This document shows, in pieces, positions 50,330 to 59,653 of a DNA stretch of 64,000 nt. Both the position numbers and the translations under genes were made by a program. Within the stretch, counting starts at the first letter, position 1; each line of letters starts with the position of its first letter. Origin of the DNA: Candidatus Latescibacterota bacterium (GTDB taxonomy: Bacteria; Latescibacterota; UBA2968; UBA8231); contig OZ242005.1 of the NCBI GenBank assembly GCA_965204725.1, positions 2,528,001 to 2,592,000 on the forward strand, given 5' to 3'. The notes below the pieces were generated by a model, which was not told the origin of the DNA, did no database searches, and saw only the letters and a list, made by a program, of their open reading frames with translations.

Positions 50330-51244
50330 ATGAAAAACGTTGAGCCGGATGCGCCGCCACGGGAGCGGCCTGAGAAAACCCGATTTAAGCGGCTTGCCGT
50401 AGCCTTGGGCGTGGCGGCTGTCTTGGTTGGGGGCCTATCCCTGCTCACGGCCAAAAACGACGAAGGCGGGACGCCCCTGCACGAAGCGGCGAAGGCGGAT
50501 GCGGCGGCGACGGCAAAGATACTGCTGGAAAACGGAGCAGACGTAAATGCCCAAGACGATAAAGGCCGGACGCCGCTACACCGGGCGGCGAGGAAGGATG
50601 CCGTTGCAACAGCGAAGATACTGCTGGAAAACGGAGCAGACGTAAACGCAAAAAACAACAAGAGCCGGACACCCCTGCACGAAGCGGCGACAACAGATGC
50701 TGCTACGACGGCGAAGCTACTGCTAGAAAACGGCATAGCGGTAAACGCAAAAGGCAACAACGACCGGACACCCCTGCACGAAGCGGCGAGGACAGATGCT
50801 GCTACGACCGTGAAGATGCTGCTAGAAAACGGGGCAGACGTAAACGCAAAAAATAACGGAGGCCGGAGGCCGCTGGACCACGCGGCGGCGAATGATGCCG
50901 TTGCGACGGCGAAGCTACTGCTGGATAACGGAGCAGACGTAAACGCAAAAGACTACAACGGCTGGACACCGCTGCACTGGGCGGCGTTTGCGGATGCCGT
51001 TGCGACGGCGAAGATGCTGCTGGATAACGGAGCGCACACAAACGCAAAAGACAACGAAGGCTGGACGCCCCTGCACGAAGCGGCGAAGGCGGATGCGGCG
51101 GCAACAGCGAAGATACTGCTGGAAAACGGGGCAGACGTAAACGCAAAAGACAACGAAGGCTGGACGCCCCTGCACTGGGCGGAAGTTAAGAGTGCCGCTG
51201 CGACAGTGGAGGTGTTGCGCCGGTACGGGGGCGTTGGAGGCTAG
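50330..51244 (+). CDS. Membrane-anchored ankyrin protein, 8 repeats
   Basis: Same leader; C-cap WAEVKSAAATVEVLRRYG. Confidence 0.92.
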   Translation: MKNVEPDAPPRERPEKTRFKRLAVALGVAAVLVGGLSLLTAKNDEGGTPLHEAAKADAAATAKILLENGADVNAQDDKGRTPLHRAARKDAVATAKILLENGADVNAKNNKSRTPLHEAATTDAATTAKLLLENGIAVNAKGNNDRTPLHEAARTDAATTVKMLLENGADVNAKNNGGRRPLDHAAANDAVATAKLLLDNGADVNAKDYNGWTPLHWAAFADAVATAKMLLDNGAHTNAKDNEGWTPLHEAAKADAAATAKILLENGADVNAKDNEGWTPLHWAEVKSAAATVEVLRRYGGVGG

Positions 51245-51258
51245 TGTCGTGTAGTAAG

Positions 51259-51382
51259 GGCAGGACCTATCGGGGCTTTGACCACAGTTTGAATAAGCCC
51301 GTCGCCATCAAGGAATACCGGCCCACCGACATTGCCACCCGCACCGCAAGCCAGCGACTTTCACAGCGACTTCCCATGGGGC
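51259..51382 (+). pseudogene. Ser/Thr kinase remnant (subdomains I-II to DF.WG)
   Basis: TYRGFDHSLNKPVAIKEYRPTDIATRT aligns with the kinase at ~26723-26866, with an internal deletion. Confidence 0.85.
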
Positions 51383-51386
51383 ACCA

Positions 51387-52001
51387 ATGAAAAGCGTTGA
51401 GCCGGATGCGCCGCCACGGGAGCGGCCTGAGAAGACCCGATTTAAGTGGCTTGCCGCAGCCTTGGGCGTGGTTGCCCTCTTGGTTGGGGGCCTATCCCTG
51501 CTCACCGCCAAAGACGACAGAGACCGGACGCCCCTGCACTACGCAGCGAGGAAAGATGCCGTTGCAACAGCGAAGCTACTGCTGGAAAACGGAGCAGACG
51601 TAAACGCAAAAGCCAATAGAGGCCAGACGCCCCTGCACGAAACGGCGTGGATGGATGCGGCGGCGACCGCGAAGCTATTGCTGGAAAACGGGGCAGACGT
51701 AAATGCAAAAAACAACCACAGCCGGACGCCCCTGCACTACGCGGCGTGGAAGGATGCCGTTGCAACAGCGAAGGTGTTACTGGAAAACGGGGCAGACGTA
51801 AATGCCCAAGACGACAAAGGCTGGACGCCCCTGCACAAAACGTCGTGGATGGATGCGGCGGCGACCGCGAAGCTATTGCTGGAAAACGGGGCAGACGTAA
51901 ATGCCAAGGACAACGAGGGCTGGACGCCCCTGATCTGGACGGAGTTTAAGAATGCCGATGCGACAACGGAGGTGTTGCACCGGTACGGTGCGCGAAAGTG
52001 A
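51387..52001 (+). CDS. Membrane-anchored ankyrin protein, 5 repeats
   Basis: Same leader and C-cap. Confidence 0.9.
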   Translation: MKSVEPDAPPRERPEKTRFKWLAAALGVVALLVGGLSLLTAKDDRDRTPLHYAARKDAVATAKLLLENGADVNAKANRGQTPLHETAWMDAAATAKLLLENGADVNAKNNHSRTPLHYAAWKDAVATAKVLLENGADVNAQDDKGWTPLHKTSWMDAAATAKLLLENGADVNAKDNEGWTPLIWTEFKNADATTEVLHRYGARK

Positions 52002-52039
52002 AAGGCTCGACTTCCCATGGGGCTTGGCAAGGAAAACCA

Positions 52040-53083
52040 ATGAAAAGCGTTGAGCCGGATGCGCCGCCGCTAGAGCCGCCTAAGAAGCCCCGATTTAAGC
52101 GGCTTGCCGCAGCCTTGGGCGCGGTTGCCCTCTTGGTTGGGGGCATAATGTATGTTGGCTCCCTGCTCACATCGGGCGCGGACGTAAACACCCAAGACAA
52201 CAACGAATGGACGCCCCTGCACGAAGCGGCGTGGAAGGATGATTCTGCGACCGCAACGGTGTTGCTGGAGAACGGGGCGCACGTAAACGCAAAAGAAAAG
52301 AACGGCTGGACACCCCTGCATGAAGCAGCGAGGGCGGATGCCGTTGCAACAGTGAAGGTGCTGCTCGAAAACGGAGCAGACGTAAACGCAAAAAACAACG
52401 AGGGCAAGGTGCCCCTGCACTACGCGGCGGGGGCGGATGCCGCTGCGACCGCAAAGGTGTTGCTCGAAAACGGGGCGCACGTAAACACAAAAGACAACAA
52501 CGAGGGCAAGGCCCCCCTACACTACGCGGCGATAGTGGCTACTGCTGCGACCGCAAAGGTGTTGCTGGAGAACGGAGCGCACGTAAACACCCAAGACAAC
52601 AACGAATGGACACCCCTGCACGAAGCAGCGAAGACGGATGCCGCTGTAATAGCGGAGGTGCTGCTCGAAAATGGCGCAGACATAAACGCAAAAGACTACA
52701 ACGGCTGGACGCCCCTGCACGAAGCGGCGTGGAAGGATGCCGTTGCGACTGCGGAGGTGTTGCTCAAAAACGGCGCAGACGTAAACACCCAAGACAGCAG
52801 GGGCTGGACGCCCCTGCACTGGGCGGCGTCTTACGATGTCTCTGCGGCAGCGAAGCTGTTGCTAGATAACGGAGCGGACGCAAACGCAAAAACCAATAAG
52901 GGCCGGACGCCCCTGCACCGGGCGGCGTGGAATGATGCTGCGGCGACCGCGGAGGTGTTGCTCGAAAACGGCGCAGACGTAAACGCCAAAAACAACCATG
53001 GCTGGACGCCCCTGCACTGGGCGGAGGTTAAGAATGCCGCGGCAACAGCGGAGGTACTGCGCCGGTACGGTGCGCGAAAGTGA
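52040..53083 (+). CDS. Membrane-anchored ankyrin protein, 9 repeats
   Basis: Same leader; C-cap WAEVKNAAATAEVLRRYGARK. Confidence 0.92.
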   Translation: MKSVEPDAPPLEPPKKPRFKRLAAALGAVALLVGGIMYVGSLLTSGADVNTQDNNEWTPLHEAAWKDDSATATVLLENGAHVNAKEKNGWTPLHEAARADAVATVKVLLENGADVNAKNNEGKVPLHYAAGADAAATAKVLLENGAHVNTKDNNEGKAPLHYAAIVATAATAKVLLENGAHVNTQDNNEWTPLHEAAKTDAAVIAEVLLENGADINAKDYNGWTPLHEAAWKDAVATAEVLLKNGADVNTQDSRGWTPLHWAASYDVSAAAKLLLDNGADANAKTNKGRTPLHRAAWNDAAATAEVLLENGADVNAKNNHGWTPLHWAEVKNAAATAEVLRRYGARK

Positions 53084-53141
53084 AAGGCGCGGACCGGCGA
53101 TGTCAGGTGATTCGGTTGATCGGGTTGGATGGCGAGACGTA

Positions 53142-53251
53142 TTCGCGGCCGATTTCCAATGGGGCTTGGAGCGATTCTTGGACGAAGCCCGCACCTTGGC
53201 GCGGTTCCAGCACCCCAACATCGTCCGCGTCCTTCACTTCTTTGAAGCGCA
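53142..53251 (+). pseudogene. Ser/Thr kinase remnant (subdomains III-IV)
   Basis: DFQWGLERFLDEARTLARFQHPNIVRVLHFFEA aligns with the kinase at ~26844-26952. Confidence 0.85.
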
Positions 53252-53303
53252 ATTGCAGGGCGAACCAACCCGCACCGTCACCAACCAACGCAAAGGAGAA
53301 GCT

Positions 53304-54149
53304 ATGTTTCGCTCACTATCGCCGGGGGCCATCGGCGCAAGCGTAGAAAACCTCGCCGACGGGCTTGATTTGGCCGCACGGCACGGGTTCGCTGGGTATC
53401 ACTTTAGCATCGGCGAAGTCGCGACCATGGGCGCGGAAGAGGCCCTCGCGTTGGCCGAGCGCAAGGGCGTGCGCCTGTCGGCGTGGGGATTCCCCGTCGA
53501 TTTTCGCGGGGCGGAGGCCGCATACCAAGCGAGCTTGGCGCAGTTGCCGACCTTGGCCAAAGTAGCCGCGGCCTTGGGGGTGCGGCGGACGGCGACTTGG
53601 ATCATGCCGGCCTCGGACGAGTTGACCTATCAAGAGAACTTCGCCTTTCACGTTGAGCGGCTGCGGCCGGCCGCGGCCATACTCGCCGACGAAGGCGTGT
53701 GGTTGGGCTTGGAATACGTCGCGCCGAAAACCTCGCGGGCGAGCAAGCAATACGAGTTTGTCCACACGATGGCGCAAATGGCGGAACTGGGCCAAGCCGT
53801 AGGCGAGAACGTGGGCTTTCTGCTCGATAGCTGGCATTGGTACACGGCCAGCGAAACCGCGGCGGATGTGCGCCGCCTGCGCGCTCAGCAAGTGGTCGAT
53901 GTTCACGTCAACGACGCACCGGCCGGCGTGGAAATTGACGACCAACTCGACAACGTGCGCGACTTGCCTGGGGCGACCGGCGCAATCGACATTGCGGCGT
54001 TCCTCAGCGCCTTACAGCACATTGGCTACGACGGCCCGGTCATGGTCGAGCCGTTCAGCCAGCGCGTGCGCGCCATGGAGCGGGAAGAAGCGGTGGCAGC
54101 TACGACCGCCGCGCTGGGCCGCGTGTGGGAGCAAGCCGGACTCAGCTAA
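53304..54149 (+). CDS. Sugar-phosphate isomerase/epimerase family protein
   Basis: RBS AAGGAG, ATG at 53304. GLEY, LDSWHWY, VHVND, LPGATG.ID, YDGPVMVEPFS. Confidence 0.88.
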   Translation: MFRSLSPGAIGASVENLADGLDLAARHGFAGYHFSIGEVATMGAEEALALAERKGVRLSAWGFPVDFRGAEAAYQASLAQLPTLAKVAAALGVRRTATWIMPASDELTYQENFAFHVERLRPAAAILADEGVWLGLEYVAPKTSRASKQYEFVHTMAQMAELGQAVGENVGFLLDSWHWYTASETAADVRRLRAQQVVDVHVNDAPAGVEIDDQLDNVRDLPGATGAIDIAAFLSALQHIGYDGPVMVEPFSQRVRAMEREEAVAATTAALGRVWEQAGLS

Positions 54150-54150
54150 C

Positions 54151-55905
54151 GTGGAAACCCGCACCATTGAATGCGACGTCTTGGTCTTGGGCGGCGGCTT
54201 GGGGGGCGTGGCCGCGGCCGTGCGCGCCGCCCGCTTGGGCTATCGAGTTTGCCTGACCGAAGAGAACCCGTGGATCGGCGGCCAAGCCACCAGCCAAGGC
54301 GTAGCCGCCTTAGACGAGCATCCGCACATAGAGCGCTTTGGCGGCACGGCCCTCTACGGCGAATTCCGCGCCGGCATCCGCGCGTACTATCGCCGCAAAT
54401 ACCAACTGAAAAACCCAGACGATCCGCACTTCAACCCCGGGGCCGGCTGGGTCTCGGCCCTGTGCTTTGAGCCGCGCGCCGGCCTAACGGCCCTGCTGTC
54501 GTTAGTCGTACCCCAAGTCGAAGCCGGCCGCCTGACGCTCTTTTACCGCGCCCGGGCGTCGGCGGCCCACGTCCAAGGCCAGTCCATCCGCACCGTGGAC
54601 GTCGTCCAAGACGGTGGTACGCACGTCTTGCGCTTTGTTCCCACGTATGTGCTCGACGCCACCGAGCTAGGCGACCTGCTCCCCCTGCTGCCCGTCCCCT
54701 ACGTCTCAGGCGCTGAAAGCCGCGACCAAACCGGCGAGCCGCACGCCCGCGCGGCCGGCCCCGCGCCGCATTTGACCCAGTCTTTTACCTGCCCGTTTGC
54801 GGTCGATTTCTGCCCGGGTCGAGACCACACCATTCCCCGCCCGCCTAACTACGAGCACCACCGCGACCAGCAGCCCTTCACCTTGACCTTGCAGTACGCC
54901 CGCGGCTGGCGCACGTACCGATTCTTCGAGACCGCTGGCGACCTACCCGGCTCCTTTTGGGCCTACCGCCGCTTGTTGTGCGCCGATCAATTCGCCGAAG
55001 GGCAGGTGCCCGGGGACGTGGCGTTGATCAACTGGCCGGGCAACGACTACACCGGCGGCACCCTCATCGACGTATCGCCGACCGAGCAAGCGCAGCAGAT
55101 AGCGGCGGCCAAGGAACTGAGCTTGGGCTTGCTGTACTGGCTACAAACCGAGGTGCTGCGCGACGACGGGCGAGGCCGCGGCTATCCCGAGCTGCGGCTG
55201 CGCCCCGACATCATGGGGACTGCCGATGGCTTCTCCCAGCACCCGTACATCCGCGAATCCCGGCGCATAGAAGCGCACAAGACCATTGTCGAGCAAGAGG
55301 TGGCCGCTTCGCACCAGCCCAATGCGCGCGCCGCTCCTTTTGGCGACAGCGTCGGCGTGGGTTGGTATGCCATCGACATCCACGGCCAAGCTACGGACGT
55401 GGTGTACATCGCGCCGACCAAGCCCTTCCAGATCCCGCTGAGCGCGCTCGTGTCGCGGCACTTGGACAACTTGCTAGCGGCCGGCAAAAACATCGGCACT
55501 ACGCACATCACCAATGGCTGCTACCGCCTGCATCCCGTGGAGTGGAACATCGGCGAGGCCGCGGGTGCTTTGGCTGCTTTTTGCCTCGGCCAGCGACGAA
55601 CTCCAGCGACAGTGTGCCGCAACGTGGCGGTGTGCCGCCAGTACCAGCAGACCTTGCTGGCAGCCGGTGTGCCGCTGTATTGGTATGAGGATGTGCCGCT
55701 AGGGCATCCGGCCTTTGCGGCCGTACAGAGGCTGGCGGTGGCGGGGCTATGGCCGGGCCGGGCCGATCATTTGCGCTTCGACCCCGATGCCCTAGTCGAC
55801 GCGCCGGCCGAGCACCTGCGGGCCGCTGGCCTGTCGCCGGACTTGGCCGGCCGCGATCCCATGACGCGCGGGGACTTGGCTCGTCGGATGGCCCAGCATT
55901 TGTAA
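54151..55905 (+). CDS. FAD-dependent oxidoreductase
   Basis: DVLVLGGGLGG, WIGGQATSQGV, DATELGDL, PYIRESRRI, FQIPL, THITNGCYRLHPVEW. Confidence 0.9.
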   Translation: METRTIECDVLVLGGGLGGVAAAVRAARLGYRVCLTEENPWIGGQATSQGVAALDEHPHIERFGGTALYGEFRAGIRAYYRRKYQLKNPDDPHFNPGAGWVSALCFEPRAGLTALLSLVVPQVEAGRLTLFYRARASAAHVQGQSIRTVDVVQDGGTHVLRFVPTYVLDATELGDLLPLLPVPYVSGAESRDQTGEPHARAAGPAPHLTQSFTCPFAVDFCPGRDHTIPRPPNYEHHRDQQPFTLTLQYARGWRTYRFFETAGDLPGSFWAYRRLLCADQFAEGQVPGDVALINWPGNDYTGGTLIDVSPTEQAQQIAAAKELSLGLLYWLQTEVLRDDGRGRGYPELRLRPDIMGTADGFSQHPYIRESRRIEAHKTIVEQEVAASHQPNARAAPFGDSVGVGWYAIDIHGQATDVVYIAPTKPFQIPLSALVSRHLDNLLAAGKNIGTTHITNGCYRLHPVEWNIGEAAGALAAFCLGQRRTPATVCRNVAVCRQYQQTLLAAGVPLYWYEDVPLGHPAFAAVQRLAVAGLWPGRADHLRFDPDALVDAPAEHLRAAGLSPDLAGRDPMTRGDLARRMAQHL

Positions 55906-55928
55906 AGGAATACCCGAAGGCGTATAAT
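55900..55928 (+). promoter_or_regulatory. Sigma-70 promoter of tRNA-Thr
   Basis: TTGTAA-N17-TATAAT, 10 nt upstream of the tRNA. Confidence 0.75.
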
Positions 55929-55938
55929 CTGAAGGTGA

Positions 55939-56014
<76 letters not shown>

Positions 56015-56138
56015 ATTTTTTTTGTGGACTTACACAAAAAAATGAAAAATGAACTTTTTGGAGGTTTCTATGGTCGGCCAATCCGCGTGGATAGGGGCGC
56101 TTGGCCGGTCGCCTCTACATAAAGGAGGATAACCAGCC

Positions 56139-56408
56139 ATGCAAACCTACATCGTCTCTTACGATAGGGCTCGGGGAGGCGATTACAACGCCCTCCACAA
56201 AGCCATCAAGGGCTACGGTACTTGGGCCCATATTACCGAGTCAACATGGGCAGTGGTGGCAGGGCCCGAATATAGCGCGGAGACGATTCGCGATCACTTG
56301 AGCGGATACCTGCCTGATGAAAGCAGTCTTTTCGTCGTCAAGTCGGGCATTGAAGCAGCTTGGCGAAATGTGTTCTGTCGCAGCAAATGGCTAAAAAGGA
56401 GCCTTTAG
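56139..56408 (+). CDS. Cas2/VapD-like ferredoxin-fold small protein (copy 1)
   Basis: YIVSYD, Y..L...I..YG, HITESTW, IRDHL...L.....LFV. Confidence 0.65.
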   Translation: MQTYIVSYDRARGGDYNALHKAIKGYGTWAHITESTWAVVAGPEYSAETIRDHLSGYLPDESSLFVVKSGIEAAWRNVFCRSKWLKRSL

Positions 56409-56410
56409 CC

Positions 56411-56797
56411 ATGTCCCAGTCGGAAGATAGTACCCAAGAGCAAAACGGTGGCAAGAGATACATAGAGATTCGGCGAGGCACAGTTGATTCGCTGTTGGTG
56501 TGCGAAATTACAGAGTATGAATGGGATAGTCTAAAAAGAGGAACGTCTGAAAGTATCTTCCTAAACTTGGGTATTGCCTTATTGTCCATTAGCTGCTCTT
56601 TTCTCATCGCCCTTCTCACAACAAAAATAGATTCTCGCGTCTTTATTGTATTTACCGTAATTGTTTCCACCTTTGCCATCAGTGGTCTCATATTGATGTG
56701 TTTGTGGTGGCGTGAGCGGAAGTCAACCAACCCATTGATTAAAGAGATCGATCGCAGATTTAGCAGAGCAGGTGCCCAAGGCAAGGATGCAGAATAA
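56411..56797 (+). CDS. Small two-transmembrane protein
   Basis: ATG 2 nt after the upstream stop. Hydrophobic segments IFLNLGIALLSISCSFLIALL and VFIVFTVIVSTFAISGLILMCLWW; AT-richer than the flanks. Confidence 0.8.
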   Translation: MSQSEDSTQEQNGGKRYIEIRRGTVDSLLVCEITEYEWDSLKRGTSESIFLNLGIALLSISCSFLIALLTTKIDSRVFIVFTVIVSTFAISGLILMCLWWRERKSTNPLIKEIDRRFSRAGAQGKDAE

Positions 56798-56870
56798 GGC
56801 AAGGCTTAGGCTCACCAGACTCCCGGCCCCATCCGAGATTGAGCAAGCTATTTCAGAAGGATAACCAGCC

Positions 56871-57188
56871 ATGCAAACCTATATCGTCTCTTACGATATG
56901 GCTTGGGGAGGTGATTACAACGCCCTCCACGAAGCTATCCAAAGTTATTCGGCTTGTGCGCCTATTACCGAATCAACATGGGCAGTATTGACCGAATACA
57001 GCGCGGAAATGATTCGCGATCACTTGAGCGAGTACCTGCCCGATGGAAGCCGTCTTTTCGTCGTCCGCTCGGGCGATGAAGCGGCGTGGCAATACCTGAA
57101 CAGCTCCTCCGAATGGTTGGAAGCCATCCTGTTGCAAGATGCAGGCCGCCTCAATAAACTGCACTCAACCATGCAACTTGATTCGTAA
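56871..57188 (+). CDS. Cas2/VapD-like small protein (copy 2)
   Basis: Paralog of 56139-56408, with the same leader AGGATAACCAGCCATGCAAACCTA. Confidence 0.65.
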   Translation: MQTYIVSYDMAWGGDYNALHEAIQSYSACAPITESTWAVLTEYSAEMIRDHLSEYLPDGSRLFVVRSGDEAAWQYLNSSSEWLEAILLQDAGRLNKLHSTMQLDS

Positions 57189-57211
57189 AATATCGCACCG
57201 CTAGCGCACCC

Positions 57212-58300
57212 CTACTTAGCCAATCCCCGCTCGACCTTGCGCTCAAAGTCGCGCATCTCATCCGCCCCGTCTAACACGCCGATTTCCATGTTGAACTCGC
57301 GCACCTCGCCCGGCTCGATGTACTGCAAAGTCCCGTGCTTGCGGTTCCAAGCGCGGCCGAGCACCGAGCAGTTGCCCGGCTCAATACCGGTGACGTAAGT
57401 CCCTTTGTGGAAGTGCTGCCAGTGGTTGACGATGGGAATCTCGCTGTGCTTGAACTGCCAATACAAGCCCAAGCCCAACTTGTCGTTGAGGAGGCCGATG
57501 TGGACGCGCCCTTGGCGGTCGGTGCGGGGCCGATGCACGTACACATCGTCGTAAGCCCGCGGCTGCGGCCCCTTGGCCACGGCGTAGTCCTCGGGACCGA
57601 CGGGGCTGTCGTCGATCCACTCGGTGCTCGTGCGGCTGTGGAGGACGAGGCGGGTCCCTTCGTCGAGGAGGGGGAAGCCGGGGTTGCAGTGGTACACAAA
57701 CATGAGCGGCGAGCGGTCGGCCGCGAGATTTTCAATGCGGTCGCGGATGTGGATGCTCCGCTGGCCGAGCACGGTCGAGATCTCGCGCGACAGCTCTAAG
57801 TTTTCGGCAAAGACCTCGGCTTGGCGCATCTGGCCGCGGATGCGCACGACGTAATCTCCGCCTTCCCAGCCAGCCTCAATGCCGACGTTCTTAGCCGGTA
57901 TGTACGAGAGGCGACCGTGTAGCGGCATCTCGGCGTTTTCCTCTTCGGGATCGACTTCGGGGTGGCCGACAAAGTCGAGGCCGCAAGAGGTTACGAGCCC
58001 ACCGAACCAGCCGCGCCCCCATTTGAAGCCCTCTGGCTCGTAGAAGGCCGGCCCAACGTCGCCGGGGGCGGAGCGAAAGCACAGCGACTGGCCCTTGTAG
58101 TGGGCCGAGGCAATGTCGAGGGCGCGGCCGGGCAAGACGGAAAACCCCAAGCCCGAAGCGTTGAATACGTCGATGAGGTCGGCACCGCGCTCAAAGCCTT
58201 CGCTGCGCTCGGCGCGGCGGGCGTAGATGAGCTGGCTGATGTCGCCGACGCGATTGAGCAGTTGGCGACGGGTGAAGTTGCGGCCGAAGAGCTTGGGCAT
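57212..58300 (-). CDS. Aldose 1-epimerase-like (DUF4432) protein
   Basis: VLPGRALDI, GGLVTSCGL..VG.P, LHGR, YHCNPGFPLL, YVTGIEPGN. Confidence 0.88.
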   Translation of the reverse strand: MPKLFGRNFTRRQLLNRVGDISQLIYARRAERSEGFERGADLIDVFNASGLGFSVLPGRALDIASAHYKGQSLCFRSAPGDVGPAFYEPEGFKWGRGWFGGLVTSCGLDFVGHPEVDPEEENAEMPLHGRLSYIPAKNVGIEAGWEGGDYVVRIRGQMRQAEVFAENLELSREISTVLGQRSIHIRDRIENLAADRSPLMFVYHCNPGFPLLDEGTRLVLHSRTSTEWIDDSPVGPEDYAVAKGPQPRAYDDVYVHRPRTDRQGRVHIGLLNDKLGLGLYWQFKHSEIPIVNHWQHFHKGTYVTGIEPGNCSVLGRAWNRKHGTLQYIEPGEVREFNMEIGVLDGADEMRDFERKVERGLAK

Positions 58301-58385
58301 GAGGAATCTCCTAAGTCAAATGCTGAGCTGCGGTTGGGCTTTGTTGTGTTCGATGGCGGGAACGTCATGCCGCCGGCGGCCCCGG

Positions 58386-59375
58386 CTAGACGCTACGGTT
58401 GTAGATCCAACTAAACTGTAGCGGCGCGGCGTGGGTTTGTCGGCGCTCGTTGCGCTCGGCTAGCTTGGCGTAGCGCGGCCCGAGCGAGCATAGGTAATCT
58501 TGGGCGGCGGCCGCTTCACCGGTGAGGCCGGCGAGCGAATCCAACCCCCACTGGCGGACTAGGTGCTGGGTGATTTCGGAGTAATGCTGGGCCGTGTACA
58601 CCCCGAGCCGCTGGGCCACCATGGAGAAGCGTTCAAAGAGGTTGGGGCCTTGCCCGTCGGTCATCAGGTGAGCGGGCATAACGACTTGGCGTTTCATCAG
58701 GTCGCGGAAGGCCAATATCGCGCCGTTGGGATCGAGCTCGAAAATTTTCTTGATAAAGCTCGTGTACGCTTTTTCGTGGCGGGCTTCGTCGCCGGCCACG
58801 ACGCCGCAGATGGTCTTGAGGTTTGAATCGCCGGCCTTTTGCGCCAAGCGGGCCACGTTGCTGTGGGAGATGCGGGTCGCCCGCTCTTGGAAAGACGTAT
58901 AGACGAAGCCTTTGTAGGGATCTTGGGCGGCCTGCGGGTTGAAGCCGTTGCGCAACAGGTATTGGATCGTCTTCTCGATGGCGCGCATATCGACGCGGCC
59001 CGTGAGGAAGAGGTATTTGTTGAGCAGGTCGCCGTGGCGATTTTCTTCAGCCGTCCAACCGCGCGACCACTGGGCCCACGCGCTGGTATCCGTGCCGGTG
59101 GTGTCCGACACGCCTTCAAAGCTGTTGAGCAGGGTCTGATAGGTGGGCAGGGCTTCCTCGGTGATCATGTCGCCGACGAGGACGACGAGGACATCGTCGG
59201 GAAGCGCTTGGGCGCGGGTGCGGAATTCGCGGATGGAGTCTTCCCAGTTTTCCGCGACCATATTGGGGAGAAAATCGTCGGGCTGCCAACTCTCTTCTAC
59301 GGGTTTGAGCAACTGGAGCTGGTCGCTGACAAAATCCTCCATGCTCGCAATGACTTCTCTCTTGTGCGGATTCAA
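58386..59375 (-). CDS. Soluble acyl-ACP desaturase (di-iron)
   Basis: SWQP.DFLP, GDMITEEALPTY, WTAEENRHG, YTSFQERAT.ISH, DEARHE. Confidence 0.95.
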   Translation of the reverse strand: MNPHKREVIASMEDFVSDQLQLLKPVEESWQPDDFLPNMVAENWEDSIREFRTRAQALPDDVLVVLVGDMITEEALPTYQTLLNSFEGVSDTTGTDTSAWAQWSRGWTAEENRHGDLLNKYLFLTGRVDMRAIEKTIQYLLRNGFNPQAAQDPYKGFVYTSFQERATRISHSNVARLAQKAGDSNLKTICGVVAGDEARHEKAYTSFIKKIFELDPNGAILAFRDLMKRQVVMPAHLMTDGQGPNLFERFSMVAQRLGVYTAQHYSEITQHLVRQWGLDSLAGLTGEAAAAQDYLCSLGPRYAKLAERNERRQTHAAPLQFSWIYNRSV

Positions 59376-59653
59376 CGGAGTTTCTCCATCGCGGAGTGAT
59401 TGAAAGATACCCTGACCGGGTACGCGGGCGGCATGGAAGATACTATAAACTTACTCGTTTAGCCCGTCAACGAGCGAGCGGCTGGCGGCTCGCGCCAAAA
59501 GTGGCGAATGCCGCCATAGACGCGGGCGGCCCCCACGGTCCCCTTAAAACCCTATCTAATTGTCGGCAAATAAGTTATACTCAGCGCAAAACTGCGGTAC
59601 GCCCTTTGCTAATAACCGGGTAGTTCCCTTACCCCAACAAGGAGGATACCTCG

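Noticed and set aside
48688-52407. Long antisense ORFs over the ankyrin genes, and similar shadow ORFs throughout the window
   Set aside because: Consequence of repetitive or GC-rich coding sequence on the opposite strand; no independent motifs.
48518-53083. Diversity-generating retroelement acting on ankyrin repeats (many AAC/NNC codons at turn positions)
   Set aside because: No reverse transcriptase or non-coding template repeat in the window, and differences are not limited to adenines. A genome-wide TR/VR search would be needed.
52998-54149. Kinase-isomerase fusion protein implied by the 383-aa ORF
   Set aside because: The kinase remnant is only ~36 codons and probably in frame by chance; the isomerase has its own RBS and ATG at 53304.
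56015-57211. attR duplication of the tRNA-Thr 3' end
   Set aside because: No convincing repeat of the tRNA end found downstream.
58386-59375. Plant-like acyl-ACP desaturase as a eukaryote-derived gene
   Set aside because: Soluble acyl-ACP desaturases are known in many bacteria; no evidence of transfer from sequence alone.
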